Shown piece after piece: positions 53,096 to 64,000 of a stretch of DNA of 64,000 nt. The position numbers and the translations under genes are program-made. The DNA lies in assembly GCF_037042905.1 (NCBI RefSeq), contig NC_087252.1, forward strand, positions 16,122,001 to 16,186,000. The letters are read 5' to 3'. Under the pieces are notes generated by a model. That model ran no database searches, was not told where the DNA came from, and saw only the letters and a list, made by a program, of their open reading frames with translations. This DNA is from Lytechinus pictus (taxonomy: Eukaryota). Within the stretch, counting starts at the first letter, position 1. Every line of letters begins with the position of its first letter.

Positions 53096-54467
53096 TTAAA
53101 CAAATTATTAAGTGATAACCATCAACAATGCTTCACCCTTCAAGCTTCAAACAAGCTTGTTCTAGAATATACGTGAAGTATCTTCAATGTCCTCAATCTT
53201 GAAAGTGTATTGCTACCCTCAAGTAGCGAAAAGTTATACTTAGCAATGGGAATTCTAAGTTGGATTAAAATTGCATTTGCATTAATACTACACACAAAGA
53301 AACTATGTAAATTTGACTGATTCTGTTCGACATGAGTGCAGAGACCAACTACAAACACTGACATTACAATGAACCAGTTTATCCTACTTAGTGTGGTCCA
53401 TTGATTTTGTCCCGTAACGTTGTTGGCAATTTCTTCATCTATTTCTGCTTTATCATATTTTTTGATGAGGGTGTGCCTCACAAAACTCTGAAATGGGGTT
53501 CTAAGGAACTGACTACAAGGGTAAAGTACACCGGGGTCTTGGGAACTAAATCTATATCGCGGTGTGTGAAAAGCAGGGTCTACCGAACGGGATCGCGGCA
53601 CTGTATAGGTATGGTGCACGCCGCTAGCGCTGTGCATGCGCTATGTGTGGACCAGCTACTACATGTAGTTATGGAGGGAGTTGCGAAGCCGTGCGTGCTT
53701 CTCTCGCATGTGGCGCTCGCGCTTGACAATTTTGGATGAGCTGGGGAACTGAGATGTCTAGAAACGGCCTGGTCTTGCGAGACGGGGTGTATGAAATGAC
53801 CTCAAATTTGTGGTGATAGCCCTTTTTTTGCTGGTCAACTTCATTCAGGTTAAGAACCCCCCCCCCCCTTTAAAAAAATCCTGCATGCTACTGGTTACCA
53901 TATTACTGTATCAAGGTTGCCTTGTACGGCATATCCCACAAAAAACCCAAAGAATTTTCAATGATTTATTATTTATCAAACAAAAAACCAATGGACAAAT
54001 GACCTATCATGGTGGTTTTTATAGTCTCTTCATTCATCTGGTTTAACTTATCATTCCTCATTCATGTATGATTGAGTAAAACCATTTGAAGAATTGGGTG
54101 GCATCTGAGTTTAAAAAACAAAATCACATTTTCATAAAATCTGCACTTTAATTTGGTACATCAATCACAGAAAATGTCAAGAAATAACAAAGTTCTGTCT
54201 TGTTGAAATGATGCTTGTATTTCCATTAAAAATCATGTTTTCACAGATTTCCTAAATCACAGATTTAACAAAAGGCAATGTATGCATGGCTGATTGTCCA
54301 CAAAATAGATTATTAAAATAAGTCTGACAGCTACGCTGTAAAACCTTTTCATTTCATAAAATTATTGGAAATCAAGCTTTAATTCAATTTATAGAACTTG
54401 GTTAATATATCTTGACCTCTTTCATGAGAGGCACTTACTTTATAAAAAAGATGAAAGTTCATCTCAC

Positions 54468-54548
54468 CTTCTACAAAATAATCGTCCTGGTATGTTTCCT
54501 TGTCCATTATGACTCTACCTTCTTCTGATCTAAAGATGATGGTTTGAC
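54468..54548 (-). CDS. Locus B 81-bp exon (GQTIIFRSEEGRVIMDKETYQDDYFVE)
   Basis: AG/GT splice sites; paralog of 27375-27455; peptide in ORF 54379-54561. Confidence 0.7.
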
Positions 54549-55190
54549 CTAGCATAAACAAAGTAACAATGTAAACAAATTATTACCATCAATGGAGAGC
54601 TTGCTTAATTTCACTCTTGAAAAAACTTGAAAGAATCTTGCTATTAAATTTTCAAACAAGAATACATGTAACACCAACTAATTATTTTTGTATTTCATTA
54701 TATAAGATATCCTAAATTTCTGTCATGTAATTTGTCAAATCTATAAAATCAAAATATTCTATAATTCAAAAAGTAAAAGAGCAAAAAAAATAGTGTGAGA
54801 TATCATCGACTTTCTCATTTGCGAATTACTACTTGATGCATCAACTGTTTTGAGAAAAATAAGTAAAATGTCACAGCCTATATATCACACCCACTTTTGA
54901 TTAAATTTTCAATGTAATGCATGTTTTGTTATTCTTTATTGATTCAAATCAACATTTTCAGGGGAAGACTTAGCCTCGTGTCGAGGCCCTGTCGGCTGCT
55001 TTCCGAGCGAGGGAAGCGAGCAGAGCGCCGTGAGACAGGGCCTCTCAACATCTGAGCCGAATTTCACCGACTTTCTTTTGTTTTTTATTGTTTTGACCAA
55101 TATTCCGACCAAGAACTGGTCGTTGAAAATCATCCAATGAGAGCACGGGCCGCTATGACGTCATATTGCATATTCATGAGCTCATCTTGA

Positions 55191-55460
55191 ATGGCGACCT
55201 GTGGATTCTTGGCGAAGAGTGACACCAAAATATCAAAGAGCATTGAATATGCCTCTAAAATGCTGAATATTGACCAATTTAAGGATTTGCAAGTCGATGA
55301 AATTAAATCTGCACTGAAAGGACAAGATGTTTTTGTAAATCTACCCACAGGATATGGAAAAAATGTAATATTTCATGCGATTCCACTATGCGTCAATTAT
55401 AGATCTCCGCTGTGCAGTGAGGGAATGCTGGAGTGGAGCTTCCCCTTGACTCGAGTCTGA
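55191..55460 (+). pseudogene. N-terminal fragment of a RecQ-like SF2 helicase (motif 0 and Walker A)
   Basis: FKDLQVDEIKSALKGQDVFVNLPTGYGKNVIF; truncated after motif I. Confidence 0.8.
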
Positions 55461-55625
55461 CCAGCGGCTGACCGGTATCTTCCGGGAAGTTTCGGGGCGG
55501 TGATGGGTCTGCCTGTTACGGCCAGTACTAGTAGTAGCAGCAGTAGTACCACTGCTTGTAGCATTTTGCTGGTTATATCCCCTTTAATAGTGTCCTGCAA
55601 TTAAATGAATCCCCTGCAGAATAGT

Positions 55626-58600
55626 TAGTCCGGTCTGTTAGCGTAAAAAACACCCTACTTGTGGACACAGTGGACAAAAGCATGATTTTTTCTCCAGACC
55701 TTTGTTTATGTATGAGAATTAAAAATGGGGTATGCTCCAAAAAATCTGGCTGCAGGAACAGTGAAAAAATGGGTGAAAATGTCAAAATTTATGAGTTTAG
55801 ATTGGTCTGATATATAGACTAACGCTAGTGCAAAACTCAATAGCAGTGCATTATTTTGCATTGGTTTAGTTCTTAAATTCAGACCCTTTTTGAACAGATA
55901 TTCTGTTTGTCCTCACATCTCAATGCACTAAATATCTGAATGCAGATGCTAAACAAGCCGAAGGGTGGTGGTGGAGGGGGTTGAATGTTGGTGTGTATGT
56001 ACATATTTTGGTCTTGGGGTAAAGATGTGCAAGACACTTTTTTGCATGTGTTGGAAATTGTGTTGCCATGGTAACAGTGTATTATGGCAAAAATAAGGTA
56101 CAAATCTTGCAGTTAGAACTACTTCCTCTGTTGTCATCCGATTCTCATGAAATTTGGCACACACATTGGTCTTGAGGTGAAGATGTCTAAGACACATTTT
56201 TGTGTGTCTTTCGGAAATTTTGTTGCCATGGTAACAACATATTATTTGGTGATAATTGGGAAAAAAACCTCTCTAAGTACATTTTTCTTTGCTATTTTAA
56301 TTCATTATTATCTAGCAACAATTATTCCATTTTGAATGCTTACACCTACACTGAAATATAATACCATGACATTTATTCTTTTCTTCATAATCTTTTAAAC
56401 TCTATTTTGGCTACACTCTGTCCTAAATAATACTATTAGCTATATTTAATGTCTAGTTTAAAGAATTGAAGAAATGGCTGTCATGATATATTTTGGTAAA
56501 GGTGCATCAAATTCATAGTTGCAGCATTCAGAATGGAATAACTGTTGCTTGAAAAAAAAATGGATTTAGTTGTTTTCCGAAAATCCTCTGTGAAAATTTT
56601 AGTTATATCACTGAGTTTTCTCATTCCTGCAGTTACCACCATCTGAAAGGGATATGACTAGAATATATGTAGAGAAATAAAAGTCATTATTTGCTCAATC
56701 AGTGAATACATTCGTCCTTACTCCAATGGAAAATTATTTGCATTTTTGTGACAGTCAGATCTTGCATCCAACAATTTTGCTAGTGAAACATAATATTCAT
56801 TTTTTGACAATTGGAGATGTAGGATGTATAAAGCAGGGGCTAGCTGTCACAGAAATATACTGAAAAAATTAAATGAAAGAAAATAGAAGGCAAAAATTTA
56901 TTGTGCACATATGCATATTTTTGATATGGTATGTTATTGAGTTATGGATTTGCAAGTGAATTTCTAAAACAAGTGCAGAGATTTTTGTATATATATATAT
57001 ATATATTTCTATAATTAGTTGCATGATTAAAGGTACACTTTATAATATGTCAGAAAAAATATACTTGGAGAGAGAGAGAGGGTAAAAAAGGGAGAGAGGA
57101 AACATAAGATGGTATGGTGAAGCTCAAAATAAAAAAAAGAAAGAGTAGGAATGGAATATGAATAAAAGACTGAGTAGGAGAATATAAATAAACAATGATT
57201 AATTGGCTACTGTAAACAATTTTTTACCAAAGCAGAATGCATTAAACATCAAATGAATGGTCTGAACTCTGAAGTGCAAATGACTCTTCTTACCTTTTAA
57301 TGGGGGGGGGGGGGGGGGGCATTTTTCTGCTCAAAAAATATATCAGCCCCCTATTTTTTCGGGGGGGGGGGGGTTAAGTTCCTAGTCATAATCCTTTAAC
57401 TTTTACTTTTATGAGGTCATTTTATAAAGACCCCCCCCCCCAAAAAAAAAAAAAAGGGAGTTATGTCTCGCTTTAAAATACAAAGACCCCTGAGGGGCAA
57501 AGGCGTAGACTGGTTGAGCATGGGGAGATAGAAGTGGTACGGGGAGGGGTGCACATCTTGGGGAGGTGGAACTAAGGTTTGGAAAATCAGCCGTTGAAAG
57601 TAGAAGGGGTAGACATTTTGTTTTGCTTGCCAGTGTTAGAACTCCTTTGCCACAGCGGAAGGTTTCACATTCACCCAGTGTACCCCCAGCCTATGCCCTT
57701 GAGGGGATGCTTATTTCAAGAGTGTTCATGGACACCGCCTATAACCTTTATTTTGATGTCAGATTTTAAGGACCAATTCCGCTCCTCCCCCAAAACCTAG
57801 AAATATTACTGAAGGTGATAAATACCCCCACACTCATATGCAGTTTAGAATTTAATATGAATCTTTACCCAAAGATGAATATTTCTTCCAACTTTTATGA
57901 GCACTGACTAAAAAAAAGGGGGAAGTTGTTTGATCCACAATGAGTTTTCCTGCATTTCTGGCTATCATATGTGGTTACCATGGCAATATACTCTCTGACA
58001 AATGCACACAAAAAATGGTTCCTGCACATCTTTACCTCAAGGCAAATGTATGAGCCAAATTTCATGAGAAATGGTTCAAAACTGATGAAGTTGTTCAAAT
58101 TGCAAGGTTTTTACCTTAATTTTGCCATATAATATGTTGTTACCATGGCAACACAATTTCTGAAACTCATACAAAAAGTGCCTTGTACATCTTTACTCTA
58201 ATACCAATGTGTGTGTCAAATTTCATGAGAATTGATTTAAAACTGATGAAGCAGTTTGAATTGTATTTTTTTTCCCAATTTTCAGCAAATAATGTTGTTA
58301 CCATGGCAACAAGATTTTTGAAAGACACACAAAATGTGTCTTAGACATCTTCACCTCAAGACCAATGTGTGTGCCAAATTTCATGAGAATCGGATGACAA
58401 CAGAGGAAGTAGTTCTAACTGCAAGATTTGTACCTTATTTTTGCCATAATACACTGTTACCATGGCAACACAATTTCCAACACATGCAAAAAATGTGTCT
58501 TGCACATCTTTACCCCAAGACCAAAATATGTACATACACACCAACATTCAACCCCCTCCACCACCACCCTTCGGCTTGTTTAGCATCTGCATTCAGATAT

Positions 58601-58897
58601 TTAGTGCATTGAGATGTGAGGACAAACAGAATATCTGTTCAAAAAGGGTCTGAATTTAAGAACTAAACCAATGCAAAATAATGCACTGCTATTGAGTTTT
58701 GCACTAGCGTTAGTCTATATATCAGACCAATCTAAACTCATAAATTTTGACATTTTCACCCATTTTTTCACTGTTCCTGCAGCCAGATTTTTTGGAGCAT
58801 ACCCCATTTTTAATTCTCATACATAAACAAAAGTCTGGAGAAAAAAATCATGCTTTTGTCCACCGTGTCCACATAATTCCGCTAACAGACCAGACTA
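55626..58897. mobile_element. Academ-like long-TIR element nested in the AcademH-like element
   Basis: tagtccggtctgttagcg...cgctaacagaccagacta; near-perfect inverted arms of about 600 bp; exact 3-bp TSD AGT. Confidence 0.9.
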
Positions 58898-59168
58898 AGT
58901 GGACTACAATTTTATTTCGAACCCCGGACAAAACAGCTTTGACATATCATTGATTTTCTAGCCCTAGGTGACCGATAATATCATGACTCATGTATATTCA
59001 TTAGGAAGACGTTTCTCATGAATATATAATTCAGCTCAGATGTCAGGAGGCCCTGGCTAGCGCCAGGCCAAATTCGCGAATTACGAAATCCCTCGCTTCG
59101 CACGGGAAGCAGCCGCCAGGGCCTCGACAAGAGGCTAGGGTACACTTGACCTTTCAAGATTTGCAAAC

Positions 59169-59268
59169 CTTGTTCTTGTTTACATGTCAGATCAGCACCA
59201 TTTCCTTCTCCTTCTGTATCCGAGAGATCTTCCCAGCCATCAGTATCTTGCTTGATAATTACATTCAT
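59169..59268 (-). CDS. Locus B candidate first coding exon (MNVIIKQDTDGWEDLSDTEGEGNGADLTCKQEQ)
   Basis: Acceptor ttcttgcag| at 59297/59296, ATG at 59268, phase-1 donor caag|gtttg; acidic IKQD/CKQE character like the cassette exons. Confidence 0.55.
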
Positions 59269-59827
59269 GCTCTCTGCTTTATCACCACCATAATTTCTGC
59301 AAGAATGATATTCATATAGTTAGGAGTGGGCTATAATACAAAAAAAGTAGTTGGTATGTGCCGCGGGCGAGACAAAAACGGGAGCCTTGGAGTGGGCCTA
59401 TTGTAAAAAGGAGGGTCCTCGCAACGGGCTTCGAAACTACAAATGTTTGTGAAAACGGGGGTCCTTGGAACGGGTCGCCTGCGTGTGCATCCCAATGGAA
59501 CGTGCATGCAGCTAGCGCAGCTGAGGCGATGGTCGGACAGCGTTCTGCGGCTGCTTTTCACCAAAATTGCGGCTCATTGTAGCAGATCAATGCAACCGGA
59601 ACGGCGTAACAGAAAATATGCAAAGCTTTGGAGCGGATATCTTTCTTCTTTTTTTCTCGATAAGAAGAAAATGCTACATTGTATGCTTTGGAGCGGCTTT
59701 CTTTGTTCTTTTCCTCAATTAGACAAAAATGCTATGCCTTGGAACGGAAATTTGAGTGTAAAAATGGGGGTCCCCTCCGCAGCACATACCCACTATGCAT
59801 TATATACTGAGTGCCCCCCCCCCCCCC

Positions 59828-60402
59828 TAGCCTGGAGGCTTCTGGGGAGTAAAAGTCCGTAAAAGTCATCTACTGTACGTAGGCTTTAATACTCCTCATT
59901 GAACCCTGGGACGCTAAGGCATAGTCATGCACACACGGCCACAAAACCTGAAACTTTCGCCCCAGAGATTTCTAATGTACCTCTAAATTGATCTAGCCCT
60001 AAATTATGTACATGGGGTTCAACTTCATTTCCGACATCGATTTCATTTTCAAAGAAGTATTCATTAAAAAAACAAGAAAAATGTTATGAAAAGATGAAAA
60101 GAGCTTATGGCCATGTTTACGTCGCCATCTTGATTTCTTTGTCTTCCGCTTGGCGACAGCACGCAAATCCTGCGATTTGAAAAATGAAATTGATGTTGCA
60201 GAAATGTCAGTGAAGTTGAACCCCATGTACATGATTTAGGGCTAGATCAATTTAGAGGTAAAGTAGAAATCTCGGGGGCGAAAGTTTCAGGTTTTGTGGC
60301 CGTGTGTGCATGACTATGCCTTAGCGTCCCAGGCTTCAATGGGGAGTAAGCCTACGTAGAGTAGATGACTTTTAGTTTTACTCCCCAGAAGCCTCCAGGC
60401 TA
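59828..60402. mobile_element. Palindromic TAG...CTA MITE inserted in the poly-C end of another element (about 59330-60416)
   Basis: tagcctggaggcttctggggagtaaaa TIR extending about 220 bp; poly-C flanks. Confidence 0.85.
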
Positions 60403-60433
60403 CCCCCCCCCCTGGGGTACCGGTACTGGTACC

Positions 60434-61750
60434 AGGTGGGTGTTTCATAAAGCTGGGAGCCGTTGCATAAAGCTTTTCGTAAGAGCGACTTTAAGAACGA
60501 CTGGTGATCCTTTCTTACGCACTAAACGATCGCCAGTGAATATACCATTTACTACAAGAAAGAATCACCAGTCGTTCTTAACTTTCGAACAGCTGTATGA
60601 TGAAACACCCAGCTGTTCGTAAGTTAAGAACGACTTTGAAGGGGAATGAAACTTTAAATGGAACAAGCATGCTTGTGTCGAAACAGAAAAATCAAAGAAT
60701 AAGAACAAAGTTTGAGAAAAATCTGACAAATAATGAGGTTATGAGCATTTGAATATTGCAATCACTAATGCTATGAAGATCCTACCATTGGCAATGCGAC
60801 AAGGATGTGTGATGTCACATGTGAACAAATTTCCCTTTGATGGACTATAAAATACCATCAAAATGTCTCTTTTTGCTTTTTCTTATGTTGAAACAAACTC
60901 TTTATCCATGATGTATTCTTTAAAAATATGATGCCCTCCTGTAGAAAAAACACATGATCTAGGCCTACTAATAGATGTGATAAAACATTAAAAGAGGCAA
61001 TTTAAAGAGAAATGCCAGTAGTTGCAGTAAACACTGATTTCATGAGAAAGTCTGTAAAACAAGGCTTAATTGTCAGTATATCATCGAGGATCTAGATCTG
61101 ACAGTTACATAAACTGAACTTTGTGAAATCATAAAATATAAGCTGAAATACGATCACACTGAAGATCACCAACACAGATAGGCACACGTGGGACAGTGTA
61201 TTATTATTGCTGGAATAAATACCTGACGGAAGTGACCGAATCCGCGCTTATTTTGCTTTTATTTCTCGGCAATAACACAATTTCTTCCAGAATCCTCAGG
61301 CACATATTTTTTATTCATAAATACAAACAGACACTTGGGTGGTCATTATATTAGATTCTGTAAAAAGTCATTTTGAGATCGTTACCAGAACTGGAATATA
61401 TCTTTCGGTGAAATATATATACTGAAGTAATGGGGAGAGTTGTTCACAAGCGAAATCACACATTTCTGTCTCATTGCCAATTTGAGGATCTCCATAGCAT
61501 TAGTGATCGCAATATTCAAATGCTCATAACTTTTTCATTATTTGTTCAATTTTTCTCAAACTTTCGTTGATCTGCTTCTTTGATTTTTCTGTTTTCACAC
61601 AAGCTACAGTATCTTGCTCCAAAGGTTTCATTCTCCTTTAAGAACGGCTGGTGATCCTTTTTTGTAGTACATGGTATATTCATTGGGGACGGTTTAGCTC
61701 ATAAGAAAGGATCACCAGTGGTTCTTAAAGTCGCTCTTAACTTATGAACA
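60434..61750. mobile_element. Nested MITE cluster: PIF-like host, a self-insertion, Kolobok-like 60640-61637, and a second Kolobok-like element at 61006-61403
   Basis: Host TIR halves separated by inserts; aggggaatgaaac...gtttcattctcct|ttaa. Confidence 0.7.
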
Positions 61751-62660
61751 TGGGACTGTTGCATGAAATGGTCTTTCGAAGAACCGTTCTACGTAAGAAC
61801 TAGATTTCGCTCAACTGTTTCACAAAGCCGATTTGGGCGATACGAAGAATGGTCCTTGGAAAGACACCTCCAGGCATGATCTCCTTTGCATACCGCCCAC
61901 CACCTTCGGCATTGAGAGAAAATGCGTTCACGGCAAGCCACACTGACATGTCACCTTTAAACATTTTTCGGGGCACTCTGATGCATTTTACCTTGGATGG
62001 CGCCAAGTTATTTTTTATATGGGGGCTAGTTGTCATCAATTTCAATTAAACTTAAAATATCCAAATGGGCGGCACGAGTCCCCAGACTATCTCTCTGTCT
62101 GACCCCTCATGCTTTCTCGATAATAGATAATTAAACAACATGAAAACAAATTTCTTTTAAAGAAATTTTGTAAGGTAAAAAACGTGTTTATAACGTTCAG
62201 CATTCTACCTCCATGCGTTCAGCAAAAAAAAAGATACAAAAACTAAGATGTTAAACATGCAAAATCATTTATTTATATTTATTTCATTTTCATTATTATT
62301 ATTATTTTTGCCGAGATCAATTTTAATCAATGACTTGAGATGTGAAACAACACAACAAATCTGCAGTAATTACAGATTAGGCCTATACATGTAGCTTACG
62401 AATCCATCACAATCATTACAAATGAAAATAAGTTCATTAATGAAAAGATTATGGAAAGTCCATAAGAGGCGCATCATTAAATCGAAGGTATACAGGCCCC
62501 ATAGCTATATATGTGTATCTCTACTACTCAACTTTGAAATGTTGAACATACATATTTTTTTATATTATTAAACTTTACATAAACCTCCATAGATCAAGTG
62601 ATCAATTTTAAATATATGACCAACGCTTATGATCGTAATTTTTTGAATTAATTCTGTTAA

Positions 62661-63157
62661 AGAGGAAGTTCACCCTGACAAAAAGTTTATTGTAAAAATA
62701 GCAGAAAAAATAATAAAAAATATTGCCGAAGGTTTGAGAAAAATTCATCAAATAATTAAAAAGTTATTAGAATTTCAATTATTTGATTTGTGACGTCATA
62801 TGCGAGCAGCATTCCTACATAGCGAATGGTAAAAAATCAATGAAATGTCATTTTCTCAGAAAATTGAAAATGGTTTTCACTGTACCTTTTGTATATCAAT
62901 AGACAAATCATTTCACACCCGATCATGAATAGAAAACAAAATTAAGTCATCAGGAACCATACAAAATTTGAAATTCATGCATTTTATATTACATAACACA
63001 TGGGGCAGCTGCTAGTTTATGACGTCACAAATCCAAAACTTTGAATTCTAATAACTTTCTTACTCTTTAACGGAATTTCCTCAAACCTTCACCAATATTT
63101 TTAAATATTTTTTCTGCTATTTTTACAACAAAGTTTTCTTCAGGGTGAACTTCCCCT
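62661..63157. mobile_element. Kolobok-like MITE
   Basis: ttaa|agaggaagttcaccctga...tcagggtgaacttcccct|ttaa. Confidence 0.9.
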
Positions 63158-64000
63158 TTAATAGTATTTTTTCCATTGCGAATTGCACACTTTTTTCTAT
63201 GTTTTAATTATTGCTGTATTGCAAAGCATGCTCTTCTTTATGTTTGCAGCAATGAATTTCCATATTTTCCTTGTCTTCGGTTACTCATTTATATGCAAGT
63301 GAGGTATGTTTATACTCTAAACACTCACATTTGTATTTCTTGCGTTATATCTGAAAAATGAAAAAAATAAAGTATTTTTTTGTTGATTTTGTTATTTGTT
63401 TACTCCATTCAAACCCTATTTTTACCTCAACAAATAACATATTAACGCATAATTTGCAAAAGTATCATTATATATGAGTATTCTATAAAACAGAATGTTG
63501 AACGAATAAAATGTTGAAATTACTCAGTTAAATCAATTTTTATGTCGGACAAGGGTCTCTTTCGTTGAAATATCAATGAAAGGTGTCTCTAAACACCGTG
63601 TTCTAAATAAGGGAAATAATGAATGTTTTGATTTTATCCAGTCATGTTTGTGAAACTTTAAGTTTTTATTCTCTTTTTACCTCATAAAGTAAGCTCCATC
63701 CATCAATTCTACAATCAGTAATAAAGAAAACATTATTTGATCTCCTTTTATTTAAATATATGATTTTATGAATAGTCGTCATTTCGAAATAAAAGGTTCA
63801 GGTGACGATGAATTAAGACTAAATATTTTTCCGATACTATCGATATCAAACGATGTCGCGGACTTGGAAGACAAAATTGACTTGATCGTGAAACGGAAAG
63901 CGCTGATTTGTCGCCATTCTTCCTATCTCGGAAGAATGGTGGTCCTAGGACGTTCCTAGCCAGGCAGCTTCTAGAGAGTAAAAATCACTTACTGAAGTAT

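Larger units (their letters stand above)
54971..59137 (+). mobile_element. AcademH-like internally deleted transposon with a RecQ-helicase fragment
   Basis: TIR tagcctc(g/t)tgtcgaggccctg; 9-bp flanks gggaagact / gggtacact (7 of 9 match); ORF 55191-55460 contains GQDVFVNLPTGYGK. Confidence 0.8.

Noticed and set aside
55879..58953. Pairs of identical ORFs on opposite strands
   Set aside because: They are the two arms of a long terminal inverted repeat
63670..63960. Possible CpG-rich first exon or promoter of locus B
   Set aside because: Only mild CpG enrichment and a short ATG frame at the window edge; not enough support

Overview
AT-rich, intron-containing animal genomic DNA. The repeat families resemble those of sea urchins (inference only). 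The window holds two paralogous C2H2 zinc-finger loci in tandem on the minus strand, offset by about 44.9 kb in their 3' regions. Locus B (about 46.5-59.3 kb) splices into an intact protein of about 733 aa: an ATG exon, four 81-bp acidic cassette exons and a terminal exon with about 19-20 fingers, followed by decayed fingers after the stop. Locus A (1.55-27.5 kb) has the same exon architecture, but its terminal exon has swollen to about 82 fingers through near-identical multi-finger block duplications. It also carries a frameshift and five in-frame stops, so most of the array is untranslatable as assembled. Introns and the intergenic DNA are dense nests of transposons. These include a short-LTR retroelement with non-canonical CGCCA...TGGCG ends, several TAG...CTA (Academ-like) elements (one AcademH-like with a RecQ helicase fragment), TTAA-flanked Kolobok- and piggyBac-like MITEs, hAT/PIF/EnSpm-like MITEs, a HINE-like 156-bp tandem array, CR1/L2 LINE remnants and a decayed SWIM+YqaJ-like ORF. 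All calls were made by eye, without database searches.
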